Shown here one piece after another: positions 12,934 through 26,174 of a DNA stretch of 64,000 nt (position 1 is its first letter; each line of letters starts with the position of its first letter). Source of the DNA: Octopus sinensis (Eukaryota); assembly GCF_006345805.1 (NCBI RefSeq), contig NC_043009.1, positions 41,478,001 through 41,542,000 on the forward strand. Reading direction: 5' to 3'. The notes beneath the pieces are model-generated. The model worked only from the letters and a program-made list of their open reading frames with translations. It made no database searches and was not told the DNA's origin. Position numbers and translations under genes: made by a program.

Positions 12934-13786
12934 GGGAGAGGGGAAAGAAAAATAGAAGTGAGAAAAAGGAAAGAGAGTAAGTTTCAATGCAAGACAGGTT
13001 TACTGAGATGTGAGTGTGTTAATTTAGAGAACCGAAATTAAGTAAATTTCAATAAACAACTAAATTAAAGAGGAAATCAAAGAAAGGGTCAATGGGAAGA
13101 GACAAAGTATGAGAAAGAATGAGAGAGAAGGTATATATATACATGAGTGTGCGTGTGTGTGTTTGCATGTATGTACATAACTTGCCTTAACACGGATTAG
13201 CAGACAGTGTTTTACAAGGAGTATCATACATAACTACTAGAAACACGTGTATTAAATGCACTCGAAATATAAACCCTTGCTTTTGTGTATATTCTAATAA
13301 ACAAACACACACACACACGCGCGTACACATACACACACATTCACACACACTTACAGACACACGCACCTACGCGCACATACACCACACACCACATACCACA
13401 CACACACGCACATATATAATTTGTGTGTACGTGGTGGTGGTGGTTCCTTAAGACTTGGTGGAATAGCAGGAGCGCCATCAGTTCCTTCGGGTATTTATTT
13501 AAGACCTGATGAGGCCGATCGCTCTTCAAATCTGAGCATTGCTGATTTCTTTCACACTGTATAGAAATGAAAGCGATTCAATTTCAGAAGAAAAATTAAC
13601 TTTATTGGTGTTGTATTTATCGACCTCGCCAAGATGAATGGCAAAGACGACCGTCATAATTTGAACTCTAAACTCGAAAAGAGGAATAGTATACAAAGAT
13701 ATTGTCTGACGATCTAATGATTCTACCAATTCGCCCATGCGTATATATGCATGCATGCATGCATGCATTTCTGTCTGTTTGTCTGT

Positions 13787-13872
<86 letters not shown>

Positions 13873-13907
13873 GTTTGTCTATCTGTGTGTATAGACGTAT
13901 TTAAGAT

Positions 13908-14352
13908 TTAGTGATAGTATGTTGTCAACTTAATATGACAGTCCAATGAAAGGGAAGAATGCTACTGTTATTTAGCCCTGAGAGATTCAGAAATGTATTA
14001 TTGCTATTTTCAAAAGTCAGTGAATGTATTCCACTCGAAATATATATGTTTTCAAAGGCGAATAGGCATCGACAGCTAGCAAACCGTGCTATTCCAGACT
14101 AATGATGAGCAATGACTCTGAAACTAGTCTCTAGATGCTGGATTTACTTGGTGGAGAAGCTTGTCTCCCTTTTGAAAACATAAGGACACATGAAACGTCA
14201 AGTCCAACAGTAAATGGTGTTTCCTAGGGCTAAATAACAGTAGCATTCTTACCTTTCATGGGACTGTTACATTAAGTTGACAACATACTATCACTTTATC
14301 ATGCTGCTACTGTATAAATCTCTCTGAGAGATTTAGAAATGTATTATTTCTA
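13908..14352 (+). mobile_element. Non-autonomous PLE-like element with decayed minimal hammerhead (14094-14140), inverted 5' segment and partial direct repeat
   Basis: 13911-13979 is an imperfect inverted copy of 14225-14293. CTGAGAGATT(C/T)AGAAATGTATTATT occurs at ~13978 and ~14323. Core-like CTAATGA-TGAG-CAATGA-CTCT-GAAACTAGTC. Homologous to 59443-59900. Confidence 0.6.
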
Positions 14353-14479
14353 ACTAAGATTCAGTTGAATTAGGTACTTATGTTGGAGCACCAAGTCAGT
14401 CCGTTATTATCAGCACAGCTCGAAGTAAAGCGAATAAAATTAAAATATCTTGATATCCCATTATTATTTTATATATATA

Positions 14480-14530
<51 letters not shown>

Positions 14531-16171
14531 TATATATATATCTATATATTCATCTATCTGTTTACATACCTATCTATATGTGTGTGTGAGTATGTATATA
14601 TCAAAAAGGGGAGAGGGACAGAGGGAAGGAGACAAAGAATAGAAGAGAAAATAATGGGTGAATAAAAAGGAACAAATCCTCGATGGCGTTTACGTATGTT
14701 TTATATATACGCAACAGTGTGGTTTTGTTATAAGTGCGTGACGTGTCTTCCATTGCTAAACATTCCAGCAACATATGTTGTACACAAAATGGCCGCCGCT
14801 CAAGTAAATTCTCCCCTTCCACCATTTTTATCATAAGGTGTTATAGTTGTTACTGTTGTTGCCGGACTCCCCATTTACTTAACAAGATATGACACTTCCC
14901 GCTGGGGATACTGTATTCTACAGCCATCCAATCGTACGGCTGGCTGTCGGGATAAGTTAATTCCACTCCTATTTTTAAATTGTATGAAAATTGTTTGTGA
15001 CGCTGACTGTAAAAAAAATAGAAGAAAAGAGGGGAGAAACGCTGATCAGACGGATATCGTTCAAACTTCCTTTATGCGCCAGATCCTTTTATAAACTTAA
15101 AGACATTCTTTTACATTCCATAATCCACGACATAACAAATAGAAAAAAAAAGGAACAAAAAGGAAGAGAAAGTAACAGAGACAAATGTAACTTTTTTTTC
15201 TTTGTTTTACGATTGTATTGTTTCTATTTTCAATAATTTCTTTTCTTTTCTTTGTATTTGCTTAAGCACACTCCTTGTTGTAAACTTATTCAAATGCTGT
15301 TTATTACATGTTGCAAAATAAACTTCCTTACAAGGCGCCGTAGAAATGGCTTGAAGGTAAACAATATTTAGCAAACGGATTACGGTCTTAATTGACAATT
15401 GGAATTTTTTTCAAATAAACAGTGATGTTTCCTCCCACCTCTCACTTTCATTCTCCAGAAAATTGTTTTATAATAATAAAACATAATAACAAAACAAAAC
15501 GAAACAAAAAAGAAATGCCGTATAATGCGGTATATGTATCGGTTTTCTGTCTTACACTTCAACATTACAGGGTGGAAAGTCTTTCATGTAACGACACTAA
15601 ATTTAGCGACAAAAAAAATGTAAGACATAACTTGGCATTAAATTGCCAAACAAGAGGGTCGGTAGGAGGTACAAAACAATTATAGATGATAATTAGTCTA
15701 AGGATTTGAATTAATAAGCAATTAGACAACTGACATTGCGTTTGGAAGTCAATGGCGGAATTAACATCAGCAGAGTTCGTACTGACGCCAAATTCATCAA
15801 TATATATATATATATATATATATTAATCAATATAGGGTAGCAAAAAATTCAATAGAATTTTTTTCGCCACCAGTGGTCTAGTGAGAAAGAGAAAATAGTC
15901 AGACTATGTATATAAATTCAACAACAATTGAGGAACGGCCTCAATAGGCCATTCGACCCACTAGAAAGAGCAGCCAGGACTCAAACCACCAAGTAGTAGT
16001 AATTCAGAAATTAAAGGAAAATTATAAAACATTTACCTTGTATGTATGTATGTATGTATGTATGTATGTATGTATGTATGTATGTATGTATGTATGTATG
16101 TGTGTGTATGGCTATATGTATGCATACATACATACATACATACATACACATATATATATATATATATATAT

Positions 16172-16585
16172 AGGCGCAGGCGAGGCTGTGTGGCAAGAAG
16201 CTTGTTTCCCAGCCACATGCTTCCAGGTTCAGTAACACTACACACCACCTTGAGCAAATGTCTTTTACTATAACCTCGGACCGAGGAAACTGAAAAAATC
16301 CCATCGTATATGTATGTATACACACACACACACACACACACACATAAAAATAAATAAGTAAATATATGTATATGTGTGCGTGTGTGTGTGTCTGTAATTG
16401 TCCCCCACCCCACTATGCTGTTGTGCTTATGTCCCTGTAACTTAGTGGTTTGGCAAAAGAGACCCATAGAATAAGTACTAGTCTTACAAAGAATAAGTCC
16501 CGGGTCGATTTCTTCGACTAAAGTGCTTTAAGACAGTGCTCCAGCATGGCCGCAATCAAATGATTGAAACAAATAAAAGAATAAA

Positions 16586-16586
<1 letters not shown>
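16172..16586 (+). mobile_element. SINE family B, diverged (others at ~7547-7690, 8845-9131, 36305-36470, 48405-48783, 50585-51095, all on -)
   Basis: Shared head, CORE-like block and GTGCTCCAGCATGGCCGCA...TGAAACAA.TAAAAGA tail. Confidence 0.8.
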
Positions 16587-16619
<33 letters not shown>

Positions 16620-17086
16620 GCGTGTGTGTTCGACGAAGAGCCATGTTCCAAACGTCAAACTCTCTCCTTTCACCGGGCATCAACATTATTTTATTATAGC
16701 GCATTGTTGTACTTTTCAAAACTTTTATTCTTTACAAACAATACACAATGCTTCAAGCGAACTACAATACTATCCTACACACACACACACACACACATAT
16801 ACATATATATATATATGTATATATACTTAATAAAAAGGGTTCAGCAAAGATTTGCTTTACCACATACCGAAGTTTAGAAACAGCAGCCAAAAATCTTAGC
16901 TATTTCTTCTACTTTAAAAAGAGACTTAAGTATTATTTAAGTTTACCGTGAAATGGTCCTTTTTTCATACCGAATTCTACTTGGTGAAATTATTGATTAC
17001 TTCTTAATTAATTAATTTTACCCTTTGTTATATATATATATATAGCGTACTGTTTACCTCTTTGTAGAATCATTAAAATCGTGCAT

Positions 17087-17136
<50 letters not shown>

Positions 17137-17361
17137 TGTGTGTGTGTGTGTGTGTGTGTTGTGCAGGTTAAGGTGTGTTTGTGTGTATGTTTTCGTGTAA
17201 GAGTGTATCCTGAAGCCAATGATGTAAAAAGGATGAAATAAAAGTATGTTTCAAAATGATCAGAAAACATAAATATGTCCTGTGTATATGACACAGAATG
17301 AAAAAGTGCAAAAAACTGAATAAATTAATGACCTGATTGAACACTTGTTAATTATGTGATG

Positions 17362-17700
17362 AAGGCGCGTGGCTCAGTGGTTAGAGTGTCGAGCTTACGA
17401 TCGTGAGGTTGTGAGCTCGAATCCCGGACCGGGCTGAGTGTTGTGTTCTTGAGCAAGACACTTTATTTCACGTTGCTCCAGTTCACTCAGTTGTAGAAAT
17501 GAGTTGCGATGTCACAGGTGCCAAGCTGTATCGGCCCTTGCCTTTCCCTTGGACAACATCGTGGAGAGGGGAGGCCGGTATGCATGGGCGACTGCTGGTC
17601 TTCCATAAAAAAAAACAACCTTGCCCAGACTTGTGCCTCAGAGGGTAACTCTCTAGGTGCAAACCCATGGTCAGTGTCTGACCGAAGGGGGTCACACAAT
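17362..17700 (+). mobile_element. SINE family D (tRNA-like head GGCGCGTGGCTCAGTGGTTAGAG, CORE-like TTCTTGAGCAAGACACTTTATTTCACGTTGCTCCAG block)
   Basis: A box TGGCTCAGTGG and B box G.TCGAATCCC. Related copies at ~707-995 (+) and ~9790-10126 (-). Confidence 0.82.
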
Positions 17701-18464
17701 TATGTGATAATACTGTCGTTGTTAACTCCAATTCTCCCAGCTGCAGCTCTTAACCTCTCACTATTCTTAAATGTACATCTCTTTATTCTTTTCGGATACT
17801 GTTGCTGTCAGAAGTGTCATTTCATTCTAATTTAGGCAGCAAAAGAATTAATTAATTTAGTCACATCTCAGCCCATAAAACACTTCCAGCTTCAAAGTTA
17901 GTTTCTCTTCAGAGGAAATTGATGATTCTTGAAGAATAATGGCCAGAATTTTTATTTTATGTTTACGTCTTGGAGAAACGTTACGCATTTTAGTTTCCTA
18001 AGAACTATAATTCTGTGGGGACCAACTCTAAGAGATGATGCAGCCTGGTAGAGCCAATCTTAGAGTACGATGGCATGCTTCGTACGTTGAAAATTTTTGT
18101 GTTTAGCTTAATAGATGTTAACAAACTTTTTGACAGCTGTTGACTTTCTCTTACGTCAGACACAATGTCTTTTAAAGAAAATAATACTTAAAGTAACAGT
18201 TACTCACAGAAATACTGTGGTCATTGGGTTTTACCCATTCAAGAGTCCTTAAAGCACAATTAGTACTGAGGATATTCAATCAGGGCTCTTAGGTGTAGTC
18301 TGTTGCTTAAAAAAGCATGAGAAACATTGTCAAGTTGATGAAATCGACTCAACTACTTGAATAGGACTTGATTTATTGCCCTTGTACAGATGAAAGACAT
18401 TGCTGATCGCTGCATCACTTGAGCTCAGAATGTAAAGCGCCGAAACTAAATATCGGTTTCCAAT

Positions 18465-18670
18465 AAAATTTTGGCACAAGGCCAGAAATTTCAGAGGAAG
18501 AGTAAGTTGATTACACCGACTCTAGTGCTCAGGTGGTACTTATTTTATCGGCCTGAAAGGATGAAAGTCCAAGCCGGCTTCGAAGACATTTGAACTCAGA
18601 ACTTAAAGTGGGGGAAAAAAAATCGCTAAGCATTTTGTCTAGTACTGTAACAACCCTGCTAGCTCGCCGT
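18465..18670 (-). mobile_element. SINE family A, diverged (similar old copies at ~13590-13735, 21470-21625, 21659-21850, 25980-26130, 34752-34985, 52670-52875)
   Basis: Contains GGTACTTATTTTATCG..GAAAGGATGAAAG..TTTGAACTCAGA..AGCTCGCC blocks. Confidence 0.72.
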
Positions 18671-18769
18671 TGCAAGGCATCTTGTCTGACTCTAACAATT
18701 TTGTCAATATTTTACTAAAATAAATCCTAGGATCACTCTCACGTTGTAGATAAGCTCTGGTGATGCTGT

Positions 18770-19174
18770 TGCTATTGCCACTGTTGCTGTTGAGCGAAGC
18801 GGTCTTCGTCCCAGAGCTCGCAAGATCGCGCCTCTGTAGTGGGAGAAGTCCGAAACGTGGTCCTTTGCTATTCGTAAGGCCCGCAGAAGAGAAAGCAGGT
18901 CAACCTCCCGACACCGAGAGCATCGACGGATGGATGAATGCGCATCCAGGTTCAGCGGTGGCGTAGGAAGTTGGGGACAAGAAACAGGAAGAAAAAGTGA
19001 GAGAAAGTTGGGGCGAAAGAGCAGAACAGGGGTCGCCACCAACCCCCGCTGGAGCTACGTGGAGCTTTAGGTGTTTTCGCTCAATAAACACACACAACGC
19101 CCGGTCTGGGAATCGAAACCGCGATCCTCCGACCGCGAGTCTGTTGCCCTAACCATTGGGCCATTGCGCCTCCA
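18770..19174 (-). mobile_element. SINE family C head with an unrelated tail (type 2)
   Basis: First ~195 nt match family C, then a different GC-rich ~200-nt tail ends in GCAACA-like repeats. 13-bp TSD CTGGTGATGCTGT at 18757-18769 and 19175-19187. Confidence 0.88.
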
Positions 19175-19899
19175 CTGGTGATGCTGTATGGTTTGCAGGA
19201 AGAAATGAAAAATCATAACGCATTTAGTAATGTAAAAGTGATTAACCAAGAGAGACAAATAAGTATTGTCTCGAGTCCTAGGACAGCTAGGACCAGTCAA
19301 CCGGTTTCCACGGGGTATTAGTAACCGAGATCACAATAGTCTCCCTGGACGGGGAGCCTGTCCAGCGCAGGGTTTCCCATTCACAGATTAGAAGAATGAA
19401 GCAACGCTGAATGAATTGTTTTTACCCATGAACACAACATACTACCCGATCCGAGAATCGAAATCACGATTTCAAGATCATGATCTTCTTAACTATACGG
19501 CCTGTGCCATTCAGTGGGACTGAACTCGAAAGCACGCGGTTACTAAACCAGCTTAATCTCATAGTTATGCATGGATTAGACAGGTTTCTGTGTTATTAAA
19601 CGGCTAAAATGAATCTCTGGTGATGTAATGTAGCAACGGTTTTGCTGAGTCTACATATGGTAATCAGTCGTTGTCAAAGCTACGATATATTTCACTTGCG
19701 AAATGGCATAATCTCTTCTCTGACTTAATAAAAATAAAATAGATAAACATATAAACAAACAAAATCTAATTTAAGCTGTGATGTTAGCTGAGGTGAACTA
19801 AAATAAAACAAGTTATTTTTATTTTCTAATTTTACACACTTGAAAAATCCTTGACAAATAAACGATAAAGAGGGAAATACGAACATGGCATAACAAAAA

Positions 19900-20330
19900 A
19901 ACTACTACTACTACTACTACTAACTCTACCACCACCACCACCATCATCACTCCCACTGCCACCACCACTATACTACAACTACTATCACTACACCTACAAC
20001 TACTACCACCATCACCACCACACCACACCACTGTCACTACTACTACCACCACTATCACCACTACTACTACTACTACCACTAACACTACCACCACCACTAT
20101 ACTACAACTACTACCACCATCACCACTACTCCACCACACCACATCATTATCACTACTACCACTACCATCACCACCACCACTACTACCACCACCACCAACA
20201 ACAACAACAACACCACTATACTACAATTACTACCACCATCACCACATCACTATCTCTACTACCACTACCATCACCACCACCACCAGCAACAACAACACTA
20301 CTACTTCTACTACTGTTGATAATACTAAAC

Positions 20331-20418
<88 letters not shown>

Positions 20419-20434
20419 TAATAATAATAATAAC

Positions 20435-20474
<40 letters not shown>

Positions 20475-20492
20475 GTAATGATAATAATAATT
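19900..20492. repeat. Compound trinucleotide microsatellite (CAC/TAC/CAA)n then (AAT)n
   Basis: Directly visible. Similar tracts at 21265-21440 (CAT), 35605-36070 and 39210-39520 (GAT). Confidence 0.95.
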
Positions 20493-21303
20493 AAATGATC
20501 AAAAAGAAGCCGAAGAAAACAGAATTCTTCAAAAATGGAAATCGTGGGAGAGCTTGAAGGTGTGTAGCGGTGGTTACTGAAAAAATTTAAACAAACACAT
20601 TACGGCTAGAAATGATTGCGCAATAGCTGGGAAACTTGTTTTTTAGGAAGAGGCCAAGGGTTGTGCTTAATGCTTTACTTTGTGTTTAGCACTTAGATCA
20701 AACACTGCTCGTTTTATTTTTCAAGTTGGCTCTCGACGCTTCCTAATTTACTATTAAGCTATCGTTAAGTATACTTGACATTTGTCATATTCAGTTCGTT
20801 TACTGTCGAAAAACTATCCTTCGAACGCTCATTATGTGTAATTAGTCGGTGATTTGCTATTCTTTCAACATTCTTCTCAGTCGATAAGTTTATATTTGTA
20901 AAAGTGTTTGTGTCTTCTTGTGGAGTGAGTAATAAGAGTGAAATTTGTTGTAAAAAAAACGATTGAAGTAACGGAGACGAGGTATTTACAAATGTTTTTT
21001 TCGAGGATATTTATAACTAAAGCTAACAAGAATAAATTCATTGAAGAAAGAGGCAGTGGGAGGCAGGGAGAGATAAAGCCTTTATGTGAACGCTGAATGT
21101 GCTAGAAATAGCAACCAAATTTCTCTAAAATATAATCTTATCGACATAAGAATGAAAGCTTGCTGATGTTACTATATCCACCTTTTATTATGCAACGGCC
21201 CCACGACGAATTATGATCTGTCGTAATGTTACCCTCATTTAATGTTTCTGTGGAAAATGAAACAAATCCTCATCCTCATCCTCATCCTCATCCTCATCAT
21301 CAT

Positions 21304-21345
<42 letters not shown>

Positions 21346-22706
21346 CATAATCATAATCATCATAATCATCATAATCATCATCATCATCATCATCATTGTC
21401 GTCGTCATCATCGTCGTCGTCCTCGACATCATTATCATCGATCGTTAGACCGTTAGAAAAAAATCCATGCGACATATTTTGCGGCTATTTACGTTCTGGG
21501 TTCAAAACCTACTGAAGTCAACTTTGCTTTTTATTCCTTTAGGGTCAATAACATGTGAAATACTGAGGTCGATGCAATCGACTAACAACCTCTCGCAAAA
21601 TTTAGGGCCTTGTGCTTATAATAGAAATAATAATTATTATTATTATTAAGTATTATTAAGGCGGTGATCTAGTAGAATCGTTAGCACGCCGGGCAAAATG
21701 CTGCGTGGCATTTAATCTGTCTTTCCGTTCTGAGTTCAAATGCTGCCGTGGTCGACTTTGCCTTTCATCTTCTCGGGGCCAGTTGAGAACTGGAATCAAT
21801 GTAATCGATTTATCCCTCAATTGCTGGCCATGTGCCAAAATTTGAAACCATCATTATTAAGTAAACTGACAACGCAGTGAGTTGGCGGAACCGTTAACAA
21901 CGCCAGACATAATACTCAGCAACATACAAAACGCTCTGAGCAACAATCGGGTTCTTGGATATGTATTTTATAGCAGACGGGTCCAAAAAATCCGAAGCTA
22001 GGCCAGATCTTAGAAGGAAGGGAACCCTGTATTTTGAATGAATTAAAGTCGGTAATTCCCGGCGATACATTGTGTCCTTGAGCAAGACACTTTATTTCAC
22101 GTTGCTCCAGTCCACTCAGTTGGCAAAAAATGAGTTGTACCTGTATTTCAGAGGGCCAGCCTTGTCACATTATGTGTCACACTGAATCTCCCTCAGAATT
22201 ACGTTAAGGGTCCACGTGTCTGTAGAGTGCTCAACCACTTGCACTGTTCCGTAGATTCCGATTAAACTGGAATACTCGTCGTCGTAACCGACGGAGTGCC
22301 GGTTGATGTCGGTAAAAGTGCCTCTAAATATTTTACCCGGTTCGGAAACAATTCTGTCAGCTCGCCGCTGCAAGGTATTTTGACCGACCCAAACAACCCT
22401 GCCAATATTTTTCTAAAACAAATTCTGAAAACGTCTTATTTAGTTTAGGATCGCTCTTACGTTGGAGATCAGCTCTGGCGATGTTGCATGGATTGCAGGA
22501 AGGAATGAAAAATCATAGCGCATTTAGTAATATAATATTCTTTTGTTAATATCTATAACATCAAGCGTCATATAATAATAATAAAATGCATGATATGAAT
22601 TCTATTCATCGGTAGAAGGGTAATTCAAAATAGATTAGTAAGGGATATAGTCCTGTACTAGAACATTGCACCTTGGTAGTTACGTATAAATATGTGTACG
22701 CACACA

Positions 22707-22751
<45 letters not shown>

Positions 22752-22779
22752 GGGAGTAACTGTCTTCGAAAACTCATAT

Positions 22780-23095
22780 TGTCGTTGAATGCCCGAAATG
22801 AGGAGTAGATAGACAGTTGACAAATGATGAAGGGTCCGTTCTCTGAGTTTACTTGTCTTGTTCTCCATTTTCTCGTTGTTTACGTATTCAACTTGTTTGT
22901 TTACGTATTTATGTAGTTTGAACCGTATATATATTTCTTTCTGTGTTTCTTTTCTGTGTATCTTTCTGTTGAAGAGCGTAGGCTCGAAACGTAAAAGACT
23001 TGTTTTATTTATATTCCTGAGCGCCATACTAATACAATTGTTTGTTTATATTCCACCTGCCTTCGTCTTTTGTTTATTTTCATAAAGCTTCCCGT

Positions 23096-23096
<1 letters not shown>
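22780..23096 (+). mobile_element. Small PLE-like element between (TA)n tracts with a minimal hammerhead-like motif at 22961-22998
   Basis: TCTTT-CTGTTGAA-GAGC-GTAG-GCTC-GAA-ACGT-A-AAAGA: stem I and II pair and stem III is the palindrome ACGT, but core A6 is U. A diverged copy lies on the minus strand at ~58325-58480. Confidence 0.55.
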
Positions 23097-23154
<58 letters not shown>

Positions 23155-23268
23155 CCTGCTCGCTTAGCCAGCAGGATGGCGTCATTTGAAGGCTAAAACA
23201 ATGCGAAGCGCATTGTGACCAGCGATGTGTAGCAACATCAGATAGCCTTGTCGGTCACGGTGATCACG

Positions 23269-23307
<39 letters not shown>

Positions 23308-23311
23308 TGAC

Positions 23312-23640
23312 AGTCCGTCGTTTACGACGACGACGACGACGACGAGGGTTCCAGTTCATTCGATCAACGGAATAACTTGTTCGTGAGATTAACGTGCCAT
23401 AGGGTTGAGCACTCCACAGACACGCGTACCCACTTCACTTTCTTCTCAGGGATATTTAGTATGATGCAGAGTGTGACAAGGCTGGCCCCTTCAAATACAG
23501 GTACTACTCATTTTTGCCAGCTGAGTATACTGGAGCAACGTGAAAACAAAGTGTTTTGCTCAAGGGCATAACGCGCTGCAGAGAATCGAAGTTGCGACAC
23601 TACGATCGCCAGCCAAATACCCTAACCACTAAGCCACGCG
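23312..23640 (-). mobile_element. Family D-type head/CORE-like block joined to tail type 1 (also ~22070-22300 +, ~46415-46690 -)
   Basis: CCTTGAGCAAAACACTTTGTTTTCACGTTGCTCCAG followed by the same ...CCCTCGTCGTCGTAAACGACGGA 3' end as family C tail 1. Confidence 0.75.
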
Positions 23641-23902
23641 TGTATACACAAACATATGTATAAGTATGTATGTATGTGTATGGGTGAGTGTAGGTGTGTT
23701 TATGCGCGCGCGCGTGTATGTGTATGTGTACTTGTATACTCATTCTTTAAGCCCTAGAAAATTACAAAGGGACGTAAGTTTCGTTTATGGTTCATATCGA
23801 AGACTAGAGTAAAACTTTTGACCGTTGAATAACTTATGCGGCTTTCTGTCGCTTCAAAGATAAAAAAATATATTGTATATACATGTGTGTATGTGTGAGT
23901 AC

Positions 23903-23994
<92 letters not shown>

Positions 23995-26129
23995 TATAGT
24001 AATATATATATATATATATATATACATATATATAATACATATATATATATATATTATATATATATACATATATATATGTATATATGTATCTATATATATA
24101 TATATACACATATATATATGCATATGTATATATATATATATATATATGTATATGTATATATTGCATATGTATGTATATATATATGTATGTATATATGTAT
24201 ATATATGTGTGTATATATATGTAGGTATATATATATGTAGGTATATATATATGTATTATATATGTATGTATATATATATATATGTATATAAAAAATAAAT
24301 ATATATATATATATATATATATATGGTACTGTGTCTTCGTGTGTTTGGTGTTCGAGGTGTTATCACATATGCCATGAAACAACGACTATCATCTGATTCT
24401 TATGTTCTGCAGGAGAATAGTTTAAAATAAAAATAGAAAAAACAAAACCCCCTTAACACTAATGATAAACGACAAAATGAAAATTGTAAAAATAACGAGA
24501 CGTGTCACGGTGAATTAAATTTATGTCGAGCAGAACTACTGTTCTGTTATGTTGGGAATTAGGAACGGTAAGTCATTAAATTTCTTTGTTATTCTTTAGC
24601 CCCTGGTCAGCAATGGCAGAAAGACATTTTGGAGGTAGACATCTAGGCCTTATTTTTTTGGGGTTGGCGTGGATATCTATTATTACTCAATGTGTGCGTC
24701 AGTTTTTAAAGACGATATGATGTAAATTGAGGAACAACTGGCTGTTATTTCTAGCAGATAGACTGACCACGTAGAGGTTCCTTGATGATATTTGATATAT
24801 GTGCGAATAATGAGACTATATTTACAATGGAATTAACGATTCTTTGTATATGCAATTGTTTTTCTTTTTAAACGTTGAAATCTTTCAGAAGGAAAGTATT
24901 TGTCGCGAAAACTTGAAACAAAGAAAGTATTTCTGTTGTAATTTGAATAACAAAACGAGAAAATATAATGTAATAAAATAAAATAGAATAAAATAAAAAA
25001 GAGAGGCTTTTTTTTATTATTGTTTACCTCTTTTCTGTTAGGATGTGAACAATGAAAACATTGTTGCTTTGTTGATTGCGCAGTTGTTGTTTCTTTATTT
25101 TTCCTGTTTGTTTGTTTCATTTTGTTTTGTGAGTGTTTCCAATAATTTTTATGGCCGCCATATTGTGAAAAGACCATTAAAATAAATTGCTTTCGTATGG
25201 CGGAAGCAGCGGGAAGAACGGAGAGAACGGAGGTAGATAGATGACAACGGAAACGACTTTATCAACAGTAAGAGGTGGAAAGAATTAACTGCAGACAAAT
25301 CATGCACAGACAGATAGGGGTGGGGAACTACAAAAAGACAACGAAATGAAATAAACCAAACAAACAAGCACAAAAAACAGACAAACAAACCCACTGTAGG
25401 ATCATATAGATAGGTTAACGTTAAGAAGAAAACAGTAAAAGGAAAGAGAAGAAAAATAAATGAACATATAAGCTAAACATCAACCAAAACAGCTAAGATT
25501 CTAATTTTCGGTGGTGATATTAGTAATGGCGGAACGCTAATATTTGTTGAAAATACGCAGTTAAATTATTGTTGACCATAAATAAATGGTTATATTAGGA
25601 AGTTATTTCTGTCCTGTTAATGTTTAACTCATGTGTAAAAAAAATTGCTTTATCAGCAAATACATAAATAAAAGAATTGAAAAAGAGCAATTGGATAAAT
25701 AACACAATTTGAAGTGGAACCTACTATTGTTTATATACATTTTAAATGTCATCTGCCGAATTAAAGATAGCAGTATTTTCCACTGGCAGAAATACCGCTG
25801 TTGTCAAATATTTTTATATTTTTATTTTTCAACGTCTATAGGTTAATATATTTAGCAAACTGCACTAAACCCATGGACAATGGCCTGAAATATAAACAAC
25901 GGGTAGTAGGGTGTGGCAAAATCATTTGGCGAATTCCATTCTAAAAGGTTACTTTTGTAGTGTATGTTTTTTAAGCAGCATTTCTTCCGAGTTCAAATTC
26001 TGCTATGGTCGACTTTGTCTCTCATCCTTTTGAGGTCGATGAAATAAATACCAGTTGAGCACAGGGGTCGATGAAATCGATTGCCCCACTCCCCTCAAAA
26101 TATCAGGCCTTGTGCCTATAATAAAAAGG

Positions 26130-26174
<45 letters not shown>

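Larger units (their letters stand above)
18660..22535. repeat. Old local duplication: ~18660-18769 plus 19188-19235 is paralogous to ~22360-22535
   Basis: Shared GCTCGCCG.TGCAAGG...TAGGATC.CTC..ACGTTG.AGAT.AGCTCTGG.GATG.TG.ATGG.TTGCAGGAAG.AATGAAAAATCATA.CGCATTTAGTAAT. Confidence 0.85.

Noticed and set aside
13500-13540. CTGATGAGGCC as a hammerhead core
   Set aside because: No stem II closure followed by GAAA.
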